Source of the DNA: Octopus bimaculoides
Lineage: Eukaryota
Assembly: GCF_001194135.2 (NCBI RefSeq)
Contig: NC_068982.1
Coordinates: 177,910,231-177,974,230 of the forward strand
Direction of reading: 5' to 3'
Length of the DNA stretch: 64,000 nt
A model generated the notes under the pieces. That model saw only the letters and a program-made list of their open reading frames with translations, did not search any database and was not told the DNA's origin. The position numbers and the translations under genes are program-made. Shown here piece after piece: positions 1-12,500 of this stretch. Numbering within the stretch: position 1 is the stretch's first letter; each line of letters starts with the position of its first letter.

Positions 1-169
1 CTAACAAAACCACTCACAAGGCTTTAATCAGGTTAGGGCTATAGTAGAAGACACTTGCCCAAGATGCTGTGCAATGAGATTGAATCTGAAATCATGTAGC
101 TGGAAAATAAACTTCTTAACCATGCTGCCATGCCTTTAAATATCTTTAAAAAATACATTCAAAGCTTGC

Positions 170-525
170 TCCCCAACCACATGGTTCCAGCTTCAGTCCC
201 ACTGCATGGCACCTTGGGCAAGTGTCTTCTCCTATAGCCTCAGGCTGACCAAAGCCTTGTGAATGGATTTGGTAGACAGAAACTGAAAGAAGCCTGACGT
301 ATATATGTGATATATGTGTGTGTGTCTGTGTGTGTCCCCCACCATCGTTTGACAACCGATGCTGGTGTGTTTATGTCCCCATGACTTAGCAGTTTGGCAA
401 AAGAAATCGATAAGAATAAGTACTAGGCTTATGAAGACTAAGTCCTGGGGTCAAATTGTTCGACTAAAGGTGGTGCACTAGCATGGCCACAGCCAAATGA
501 CTGAAACATGTAAAAGAATAAAAGA
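170..525 (+). mobile_element. tRNA-derived CORE-type SINE (octopus OR-like), 5'-truncated
   Basis: cttgggcaagtgtcttc...gaccaaagccttgtgaatggatttggtagac...gaaagaagcc, internal (TA/TG)n, shared 3' half; same family as 29375-29783 and 43897-44336. Confidence 0.75.
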
Positions 526-1717
526 ATGTAAAAGCACCCAGCACACTGTTAAGTGGTTGGCATTAGGAAGGGCATCCAGCCGTAGAAACTCTGCCAAATC
601 GGACAGGAGTCTGGTGCAGCTTGCCAGCCCTGGTCAAACCATCCAACCCATGCCAGCATGGACAACAGACATTAAAGGATGATGACGATTAACTCCTCCT
701 CTTGATAACTTCAAACAGGTTAGAAGGAAAAGCAATCTGCTTGATATAGGATCTAGTAAGGATAACTTAAGTATAATGAATAGATGTGGAAAGATAAAAT
801 TCATTTTATATCATGGTAAAGACATGATTTCACATTACCTGATAATTGAAATACTTCTCCCCAATCAATGTACTATATATTAACACACATATTTAATCAG
901 TGGTATCTCTTTTCACACACATTGCTGCCCACACATACCATGTGGTATCATCATCATTTAACGTCTACTTTTCCATGCTTGCATAGATCAAACAGAATTT
1001 GTTGAAGCAGATTTTCAAGATGGATGCTCTTTCTGTTATCAACCCTCGCTTGTTTCCAAACAAAATAATATTTTCCTGTAGCTAGACATGTTTTTCACGG
1101 AAGACAGGAAACAAATAACCTTGCTTGTTTAACAATGCTCTTTTACAGCCACCACAGGGGTATATACACATATATGCAGGCATATANNNNNNNNNNCTTC
1201 AATTCCTACACATGTTTCAAAATATATGTGTGCTCTCCTCCAAAGAAGAGCTGCTGGAATTCCACATATATTCATCGTCAGGGAACCAACATATAAAAGC
1301 AAGACAAATGCGAAATGGTGAGGTAACTTACAAGCTATAACATGACATGGCCAAGTTCATTTATTGTTATTATTCATATCTACTCAAAATGTATCACTTC
1401 AACTTGGTATCTCTACCTATAAAACGGGTGTGATATCCTGGTTTTTTGTGTAATTTTTGCTACCCATGGTAACTATTAACATATTTACATTGTCAAAGGT
1501 TTTTTTTAAACTGAGATAATATTAATATATACATAAATTAATATATATATATAAAGTTGTAGTATATTGTCAACTTAATGTGACAATCCCAATAAGGGAA
1601 CACACTACTGCCGTTTAGCCCTAGGAAGCTGGACCGCTTCCTGTCGGCCATGACGCAATTACTGTGTCCTTAAGTTTGCGAGGGGGAGACAAACTCCCCC
1701 ACCCTGCCTAGCCAGCA

Positions 1718-1760
1718 TTCAGGGACATGTTTCTGAGTCTTTGCTCGTCATCAACCTGAA
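1718..1760 (-). ncRNA. Minimal type I hammerhead ribozyme motif (Penelope-like/retrozyme type), possibly degenerate
   Basis: Minus strand reads UUCAGG-UUGAUGA-CGAG-caaaga-CUCA-GAA-ACAUGU-C-CCUGAA: 6 bp stem I, core UUGAUGA...GAAA, palindromic ACAUGU stem III, GUC cleavage triplet. Confidence 0.65.
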
Positions 1761-2242
1761 GTAGCTTGCCAGCTGGATAGAGAAGCCTGTTTCGCCTTCG
1801 CAAACTTATGTAAATCATAGTGAAGTTTATTCACTGATCATCAAAATTAGAAATATAATATTTCTAAAATATATATATAATAGGCTTCTTTCAGTTTCCA
1901 TTCAGAAGGCTTTGGTTGGCCTGGGGTTTTATATAGTAGAAGACACTTGCCTAAGTGAGACAGAATTCTTGGTTGGGAAGCAAGCTGCTTAAGCACATAC
2001 CATGCCTGTAAAATATGCTGTCCTCAATGAGCAGCTCTTTTTACATCCACTACTACCCTCAGAACACAGTTACTTCTATACATTGTTGCCAACAAGATAC
2101 AAAATTAAGACCATCCTTTTCATACCAATTCACTACAGAGGAAGAGAGGGGTAAGTGTGTTTGGGTGAAAAAATTACAAAGAGAGTTCAGATTATAAGGA
2201 TAAAACTAAGGGAAAATGACTGGTGGATAGTAATATATTTAC

Positions 2243-2337
2243 CTGGTCTCGCAATGTGTTAAGTAAATTCATTTGTTCTTTTCTTTCCATTTCTTCTTTA
2301 GAGAAACGGAAATAACCAACACCATGCGTTCGAACCT
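2243..2337 (-). CDS. CCDC174: CCDC174 exon 8 (EVRTHGVGYFRFSKEEMERKEQMNLLNTLRDQ)
   Basis: 95 nt, ttgtcag| ... CAG|gtaaat, phase 1/0; GVGYF motif. Confidence 0.95.
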
Positions 2338-5300
2338 CTGACAAGAAAAAATCATCAAAATAATTTTTAGGGAAAGAAAATTAAAATATTTGACATTTTA
2401 AAGTAAAACAAGCATTTTAAAAAAGTCAAGTTTTGCATTATTTAGGATTTGGTATAGAATCAGGAATAACTAGTACAGTTACTACATCATCGTCATCATC
2501 ATCATCATCATCACCACCATCATCATTTTTATATCCACTTTTTCAAGCTGCATAGATTAGATGAGACTCTGAATTAGCCAAATCAGACTGGAACCTGGTG
2601 CAGCTTGCCAGCCCTGGTCAAACCATCCAACCCATGCCAGCATGGGAAATGGACATTAAAGGATGATGATGATAATACTCTTCTTGACACCAACTTTTTC
2701 AGCAGCTTCTTACGACATACAAGGATATGGTATTTCTCTTCTCAATACTAGGATGTATACAGTATACACTTAAAAATTCTTATCTTAGTAGCTGTTAAAT
2801 GACTAGAAATAGGTACTTCATCAAAGTATAATAAATCAATAATACAGAAAAAAAATAGACATGGAAGTGGAAACTACATTTAGAAGTCAGATATAAAGAC
2901 AACAGATTTACATCATCATCATCATCATCGTTTAACGTCCGCTTTCCATGCTAGCATGGGTTGGACGATTTGACTGAGGACTGGTGAACCAGAAGGCTAC
3001 ACCAGGCTCCAATCTGATTTGGCAGAGTTTCTACAGCTGGATGCCCTTCCTAACGCCAACTACTCCGAGAGTGTAGTGGGTGCTTTTACGTGCCACCGGC
3101 ATGAAGGCCAGTCAGGCGGTGCTGGCATCGGCCACGCTCAAAATGGTGTATTTTACGTGCCACCTGCACAGGAGCCAGTCCAGTGGCACTGGCAATGATC
3201 TCACTCGAATGTCTTTACTAAATAGCAAAGAGTATAAAAAGAGGGATATGAGACGAGCAAGGACATTTTTTTTGTATTCAAAATATAATGCACACAACTA
3301 CAAACATTGATTATGAAGATGAGGCCCTTATAACATCACATATTTCAGCTGCATTTACTCACACAAATACCCCGCTTCTTATATACTATCAAGAACAGGA
3401 ATGTGTGCACATAGAGCATAAAAGCACTTCTCATAGATGCCAAGTGCTGAGTGAAAAACTATGTCACCCAATTCAACTGGAGATGTAGCTTTGGAAGTAA
3501 AAAAATGCACTTGATGTAAAGAAAATGAATGCATCACTTAAGCAACAAAATTCAATTGCAATATGTTGAATTAATTTTATTGTGAGAATAAATATTCTAT
3601 ATCAAAAAGGCTGCATCAAGAAGGGCATCCAAATTCCATCCAACCTATGCCAGCATGTAAAACCAGAAGTAAAACGGATGCTGATGATGCTATGTACAAT
3701 GCCAAGATGTATTTGTTTACTGAGTTACAATTGAAGAATGACTACAGCTACAAGTATGACTATATGGTTAAAAGTTCACTTTAAATCATGTGGTTTTTAG
3801 GTTCAATCCCACCCTGTGCAAGTGGCTTCTACATTAGCTTCAGATTGAACCAAGCCAGACGGAAACAGTATGGAAGCTTGTTGAATGAATGAACTCCTAT
3901 CTATAAAAGGAACTACAAGCACTTTCACTTACATATATACACGACAGAACTATCTACCGAATCCACTTATAAGGCTCTGGTTGGTCCAAGGCCACACAGT
4001 AGAAGACACTTGCCCAAGGTGCCATGCAGTGGGACTGAACCCAAAACTATGTGGTTGGGAAGTGGCCTTCTTAACCACACAGCCACACCTGTACTTATGT
4101 GTTTGCTTTTAGGTCGTAGACTTAATCTGTTGCCCAGTTTAATTCACTAATCACTGGGTGTAGTCCAATCTGTTGCAAGCTTTCAAAACCTCCTCATATT
4201 GCTTCCTACTAGAGTAATCTGTAAGTCAAAGTTTCTTTCTTTCTTTCCTTCACCAACCCTGGGGACCACCCTGCTTGTCCTTCTCTGACTAATCTACAAA
4301 GAGAGTTAAACTATTTATAAAAAGCTGCATGAAAAACAAAGAAATGTATTTGTTACCATCAAATCTGACGTTTTCATAATGGATTGGACCAATTGGTCCT
4401 TCAACAGCCTTTCTTTCTTCAGCATCCCATTTTTCATGTAGCATTTGTCGATACCTTTCTTGTGGATCAAGTATTTCAGATTTATCTGATTCACTATTCG
4501 ATTTACTTTGAATTTCTTCAGAATTTTTACTGTAACAACAATAAATCAACTGTTTTAAGTAAAATTGGGATAAAAAGAACAAAAAAAAACGAGAAAAATG
4601 CATAAAAAAATACAGGTGTTGTTAAGAAGTTTGCTTTCCAACCAGGTTTAGTTCCACTGTGTGCTACCTTGGGCAAGTGTTGTCTACTATAGACCCAGGT
4701 CCTGATCAAAGCCTTGAGTGCACTTTGGTAAATAGAAAATGAAAGAAGCCCACAGTGTGTGTGTGTGTGTGTTTATATTGCTTTGTCTTCACATTACATG
4801 ATAATGGTAAACTATTATTTCCAATCTTCCATGAAGACCGATCTAGACATGGGTAAATATTAGCTTGCTTAGAAACAAGTGAAGGTTTGTGAGAAGAGCA
4901 TCTGACCTCTAAAAAGCTGTTTCAATGAATTCCATCTGACTTAAGCAGGCATGGAAAACATCACCATCATTTAACATCCATTGTCCATGCTGGCATGGGT
5001 TGGACAGTTTGACTGGGCTGGCACACTGGAAGGCTGCACCAGACTCCAGTCTGATTTGGCATAGTTTTCTATGGCTGTATGCCCTTCCTAGTGCCAACTA
5101 CTCCGAGAGTGTAATGGGGGGCTTTTACGTGCCACCAGCACAGGTACTATTTGCATGACACTGGGGTGTGTTTATGTGCCACCAGCACTGGGGGCGATAT
5201 AATCAGCTTAACCCCTCCCCCGAAATTGCTGGCCTTGTGCCAGAATTTGAAAGCAACGTAACATCAATTTTTATTAACATTTATAGACAGAGAAAAGTGT

Positions 5301-8300
5301 TATCGAATCTTCAACTTTAATTTATCTAATTGAAAAAAAGAACAAAAGTAATTTACTTGGTAGGAAGCAAGCCTAATTCTTTATCTCTGTCCTGCATAAA
5401 TGTTAAATCTTTCTTCAAACAAGTCCGAGTTCTTCCCAAACTATCTGTATACTCAATCCTATAAAATACAATGGTAATATTTATTAATATGCAAATTCAA
5501 TTCCATTTTACACCAGAAAAAAAGGCAAAAGAAACACATAGAAAGGAGAGATAGAAGATGGGTAGATGACGGGGTATAAATATGGCTACATGAATGCATG
5601 GCTGATTCGTTAAAAAGATCATTTTGTAATCACAGTCCCAGATTTGATCACTAAGTAATACCATAAGCAAGGGTAATCTAACACAGCCTCAAATTAATCC
5701 AAGGTATATATGAAGGAAATTAAGTAGATGGACTTGATTCCGTGTGTCCATAGAACACTCAGCCACCTGCTGAGTTGATAGACTTAACTGAGTTGAAAGA
5801 CTTAACAACTAGAACAGTCATCAATCAGAATTGATAGATGAGTCCATTAGTGTTTTCTTCTACCACAGTTAAAAATTAGGTGTTACAAGTATTACTTCAA
5901 TAAATTTTGTACATATTTATATTTATAGAAAGGTACAGTTGTAGGCATCATTGCATTGCTAAGAAGTTTTCAATGCAAACATGAGATTTGAAGTTCATTC
6001 CTACAGCATGACACTATGGGTAGGTGTCTTCTGATATAGTCTTGAGTTGACCAATGCCTTGCAAGTGAAATTTGTAGTCATAAGTTATCGGAGGGCAGGA
6101 GTGTGTCTGTCTGTCTGTACCTTCTGATTGTCTTCATATCTTTTACACACTGCAAAACCAATGTCAATGTACATGTGGTCTTATTGTTTACATCTGCCAT
6201 AAAATTGTGTGTGGCCATTTAGCTGTTTGTTGTTTGAAAGATCAGGAGCAAATAGTACCTAAGTGAAAGTTGGTAACAGGAAAAACGCCTGGCTGTTGAA
6301 AAATTGCCTGAGTAAATTTCAACCAACCCATGCTATCATGAAAAAGCTGGGCATTAAAACAATAATGATGACAATGGTGATGATAGCACCATCACACACA
6401 ATGGCAGCAAAGAAAAACAAATGTAAAAACATTGGAAAACAAAATTTATAAATGAGAAATGTAAAACAAGTGACAAATGTTTACCATTGTTCTTCAGGAT
6501 CATCAGTCGAACTATCAAACTCTTGTTCTGTTTCCTCTGATGAAACCTTATGTTTTTCACTAGAGATTTTATCAATGGCTTTCTTTTGAAAATCAACAAG
6601 GAAAATTTGGCTTCCATCTTCATCTAATATCAAACAAAATAATATAATTAATAGCTAATGAAACTATAAATATAAGTCATGTGTTTAGTAAAGTTTAATG
6701 CAGTGATTCAGAAGATAAGCTATGGAACTAATAATTACAAGTTAAAATTCTGGTTATCTTCATTATTATTATGTTTTAGCTTTAAGGAACGTACACTTCT
6801 CTATGAAATACAGAGTTACAGATGTAACTCCTCCACTTTATAAAAAAAAAAACATCATCATCAATTTAGGAAATAAACAGAGAAAAGATAGTATGTGTTA
6901 GTTGTTAATCACCAGTATATAGAAAAAACAAACATTATAATAATAATTTCTTTCTAATAGACAAATATGTATATATATTTGATTAATCTAATTCGAGAAC
7001 ATTATTGAAATCTCTTTCATTTACATTATAAGGCTGGATTTACAACCATGATGTTATGATCTCTAGAAATCATAAAAAGTAACATAACTACAGTACTGAG
7101 TCCTAGAACTTATAGGGGTGGTTATCCAGTTTCCATGGTGTATAAGTAACTGAGATCACAACATTCCTGTGAACTGGGCACCAGTCCATTGCAGGTTACT
7201 CACTGCTGGTTAGACTGAAGCAATGTGAAATGAAACATTTTGCTCAAGAACACAACATGCCACCAAGTCCTTAAATCAAAACCACAATCTTATGATGGTG
7301 TGTGTAACACCCTAAGTAACAGACCATGCATCTTCACAGAAACTGTACAACTGGTAGCCAATTGTTGGAGAAAACTGAATAATGCAAAACAAAAACTGAA
7401 ACTTTAATTAATCAATCAATATGATGGATTAAAAAACAATTCACTTTACAAACAAACAATATATACTTACCAGGTATATTTTGATCGTTAGTTATTTTCT
7501 CATAGAGTTGGCTTTTTAATTCAAGAACTTTTCTGGAAAAGAAATATTTTTTTCATTGTACATAAAGAAAAATGCAAATAACAACCACCAATCACTTTTA
7601 AACATACCTGAAGCCTTCTTAACAAGAAATATCATCATCTTGATACAAAGTAAAATTAATACTAATTTATTTTGTAATTTCTTGACTATTAATGCTCATG
7701 GTCTTTTTCTAACCAATTCATAACATTATTTTTTTTTCACTTTTATTTTATTTCTTTAAATTCATAAAAGAAAATCCTAAATTATATTCTCTATCTATTG
7801 TAGTAAGTTTATAAATTGTTGTGTAGAATTAAGTTTAGTATAGTATAGTAAACTCACATTTCATTAACTACATTAACTATACTATTTAAGCAGATTATAG
7901 AATATTTTACATAATAATGAGAACATCATCACCATCATCATTTTAACGTTTATTTTTCCATGCTTGCATGGATAAGATGGGATTTGTTGAGGTGAACTTT
8001 CAATGACCAGATGCCCTTCTTGTTGCCAATCCTCATATGCTTCCAAGTAAGGTAATATTTCCCCATGACCAGACATGTTTCACAAAAAATCAGAAACGAA
8101 GGACGCCACTACCATGACATTGACACTCATTTACAACTATCATGCAATGTCAGGCAAGGAAACAATAACACGCACACACGTACATATCCCCCTCGTAGTA
8201 ATCCCCTTATATGCTACCATGAAACTGACCCCCCACACACACACACCTCCCCAAGGGCTTATAGACCTGTGAACTGCATGGTGACCTCAACAGTGCAGAT

Positions 8301-9496
8301 GACATTAAAAAAAGCACCTATTCCTCACTGTAAAGTGGTTGGCATCAGGATGGGCATTCAGCCATAAAAACTATGCCAAAGCAGATTTGAGTTCAATGCA
8401 GTTCTTGGGCACATCAGATCCTGTCAAACCATCCAACTCATTCCAGCATGAAACATGAACATTAAATTATGACAATAATTAGCCTAGGCAAAGTTCAGAG
8501 AGCTCTTACTTCTGCTGGTGACAAAGGGCTTCTTGCTCAGAGTAAAAGGTAGACTGTATGACACATGTGTATGAACAGCCATGCTACATGGCAGTGAAAC
8601 ATGGGCTGTGACTGTTGAGGACGTGCAAGGAATGAAGCCAGTATGCTTTGCTGGATGTGTAATGTCAGTATGCATACTCGACAGAGTGTAAGTACCTTGA
8701 GAGAAAAGTTGGACCTAAGAAGCATCAGATGTAGTATGCAAGAGAGACAACTGCGCTGGTCTGGTCGTGTGGCGAGAATGGATGAGGACAGCTGTGTGAA
8801 AAAATGCCACACCCTGTGGAAGAGGTAGACCCAGGAAGACCTTGGATGAGGTGGTGAAGCATGAGCTTCGAACATTAGACCTCACCAAGGCAATGACTAA
8901 TGTCTGAGACCTTTGGAAATATGCTGTGCTTGAGAAGACCCGGCAAGCCAAGTCAGACTATAACTCGTGGCCTATGTCAGGGTGTAACCAGCCCACTTAT
9001 GCGTACCTTTCTTTCATTGGACACTAAACCCTGCTTGCAAAGACCTGTTGAGGCAAGTGAAATCGAAATCAAATTCGATGACTGGTATCCATGCTAGTGG
9101 AGCACTAAGAGCGTGATCGTTGCCAGAGCAGCTGACTGGCTTCCATGCCGGTGGTACGTAAAAAGCAGCATTCAAGCGTGATTGTTACTAATATTGCCTT
9201 ACTGGCACATGAAAAAATATTCGAGCAAGGTCGTTTCCAGTGCTGCTGGACTGGCTCCTGTGCAGGTGGCACGTAAAAAACACCATTTGAGCATGGCCGT
9301 TGCCAGTACTGCCTGACTGGCCCTCGTATCGGTGGCACATTAAAGCACCCACTACACTCTTGGAGTAGTTGGCATTAGGAAGGGCATCCAGCTGTAGAAA
9401 CTCTGCCAGATCAGATTTGAACCTGGTGCAGCCATCTGATTCGCCAGTCCTCAGTCAAATCGTCCAACCCATGCCAGCATGGAAAGCGGACGTTAA

Positions 9497-9535
<39 letters not shown>

Positions 9536-12500
9536 ACAACAGACTTCTTTCAGTTTCTGTCTCACAAAGCTTTGCTCAACCCAGGGTTATAGAAGAAGAC
9601 ACTTGCCCAAGTTAACGCATAGTGGGAATGAACCCAGAGTGTGGTAGGGAAGCAAACTTCTTGCCCCATAGCCATACTAGCACCCTTAAATTATATTATA
9701 TATATCTGCAAAATATCAAAATCAGAAGAATTAAGAACCAAGCTACTTTTTAAAATCTTGATAAAAGATGTATGAAAACTGAGAAAATCCTCACCGAGAT
9801 TTTTCTAATGAGTCCTCTTCTTCTTTCTTGGCAACATAATCCTTTTTAGCTCGTTCATCAACTCCACTATTTTTTCTCAATATTGTTGTTTTCTGAAGTA
9901 TGAAAATTACTGATAAATTAAGTATAATGATGTGAATCGGATAATGTAAATTTAATAATAACAGTTTCCATAGAGCTGTATCTACAGGGGATTTTATCTC
10001 CTAGTTTCCACTGCAGTGATACTTTGCTCTTCCTTCTGCACATTAATCCTTTTAGTATTTAAACAGGCCATATCCAGCCCAAATATTCTACCTGTTTTAT
10101 GTTCGAACTGGCCAGGTTCAGTCTCTCACACCAACCTTACAATATCATTCTAAAAATAAACAGTCTCATCATCAAAATCTCAAAACTATGAGATAACACA
10201 TGATTAATTCAAAACAATGAGAATAGGTATTAAATTATTTGACAAGGTAAACTGAATGCTAAAGAATTAATAGCCTACACCATTCCAGAACATGCTAATG
10301 AAGTTTCTTTGCTTATGAATTGTGCTGCACTCCAAGATTCCATTATGTATCCTACAATGCTATTACCTGCTGGCACTTCTATTTTATTTTTTTTATGGTT
10401 TGGTTTAGTTTAGTTTGGAAATAGGGAGCTCCTCACTCCATAGGCTCTTGCAGCATCTCTAATATTGATGAGATTGATGTTATTCTTAAGCAACTGCTAG
10501 TCAACGTATGGAGGAAAAATATGGAGAGAAGAAAGATTCAGCATGGTGGTTACTATGGTACCAGAGGAGGGATATTAAAATATGGATGATAAGAGGAGGA
10601 GAGATGAGTCAAGTGGTCCAGGGTGGAACTGGTATGAGACCATAGCCACTGTACTAGCAGTAGGTAAAGCAGGGTGAAGAGACAATAAGTTTGTGGACCA
10701 AAGGTTGAAGGATGTTGGTATTTAACACCATACCAATCAGTCAGGTGGCCCTTTTTGAATGCAGCCTAAGATGCTAGTAGGCTTAGCAATAGCATTGTCC
10801 TGGTATGGGAGTATTATTCTATTGTGGGTCTAACTTGAGCTTGAAGCATTTTTTTTTAATACTAAAGACGAGGGCCAATTTTGGGATGCAATCTTTGCTT
10901 CTACTCCACCTCCACACACACATTCTCTTATCCAAATAATGCCACCCTTAATATCTCCTTAATGTTTTTCACACAAGCATCATCAACATTCGGTCTAGAT
11001 ACTTCATGACAGACATACTCTGTTTCCATGATCAAAGACCATGAATATTTTTCAGTGAAGAAATATAACCTAATCTTCCTGGACAGCAGCAAAACATAAT
11101 TTCTAGACATACCAAAGAAACAACCTTGCAATACTATACACTTCTCTACACAACTAGGTGACTACAAATTCCCCACAACTCCTGATGATCCACCATGACA
11201 ACTACATATCAGTAACATAGATAACACTTCATTCCTTTAACTAGGTTTCCCCAAAAATTTCAACAATAACTACTTCTGATGCAATTGTCAATAGAGTACT
11301 GCATATATATCTAGGACAGTGCAGGCTGCTAAGCACATACAATTATTTTATACTGCATCCAAATGAATAGCATTCATAGGAGGATTGTCAAAAAGACTTA
11401 CCAATGTACTACAACCACTAGCTCCCATATTGTTTGTTCACCCTACCTCTTCTACTGCAATGAACTTTTCTCTCCTGCCACCTCAGTTAGCTCTACTCCC
11501 ATTGTTCTTACCATTATCCAAACCCTTACAACAAACAGTCATGGTTATGAGCACGGTTCCTTTCTTTTGATTAATTAAAAATCATCTAAGTCTTGGTTCC
11601 TGACAAACTTCAAGAGATATTATTATGACATATTTTGTATCCTTTATCCCTCTCTTGGTCTCTGCCATATTAACTTTTATGCATTTGGATTCTGAACATA
11701 CTTCCAGATTTGAAATTTTTTTCTGAAGATATTTGACAAATTATTTGTGAGCCAAGAAATAAGTATATAAATATTCCAAAAGATGTTGAAATCTTCAACT
11801 CTGTATCTACTATATAAAGAATTTTTAATGTGGAGAAGCAGGCTGAAGACAGAATCCATCAGTGTACTAAATGCACTACCAACCTCAATTTTGTTCACAA
11901 AAATTTTATACACAGCCCAAGCTTTTCTTACAAACAATTCAGCAACTCTTAGTCAGTACCTCACCACCACCAATAGACTACAGAGCATGGAATTCAAGTT
12001 GATATGTGATTTTTGCAGTTGCTTCAGCATTTTATACAAGTTAACTGACCTTGTACTCATTTCGTGTTGATTTTAACTGCATGCAAGACTTGTTCCACCA
12101 ACTGTATCTGTTTGACTTTATTACAAGCTTGATCTTGTATACTAGTCATTAGCAATAAAACTTTCGTGCACCACCTGGTTATGTATATCATCTGTAAAAT
12201 TTCATTGTTGCATCAATTCCAAATATATCTATAGTTTTACCCACTCTTATGCCTATTATATTGCCTTACTAATCTTTCTTATAGTAATCCCTGCACCATC
12301 ATCATCATCATCATTTAATGTCTGACTTTCATGGTAGCATGGGCTGGATGATTTGACAGGAGCTGACAAGCAGAGGATTGCACCAAGCTCTACTTACTGC
12401 TTTGGCATGGTTTCTATGGCTGGATACCCTTCCTAATGCCAACTACATTACAGAGTGTTCCAAGTGCTTTTTCATGTGGCACCATCACTAACCACAAAAA

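Noticed and set aside
1-2242. Search for CCDC174 exon 9 (TxxQRxKRE..KEKRK coiled coil)
   Set aside because: No matching open frame with splice sites; presumed to lie left of the window
10330-12300. Purine/pyrimidine-skewed region that may be a very old LINE or DNA transposon remnant
   Set aside because: Only scattered weak motifs (e.g. YCIQ); family and boundaries cannot be supported by eye
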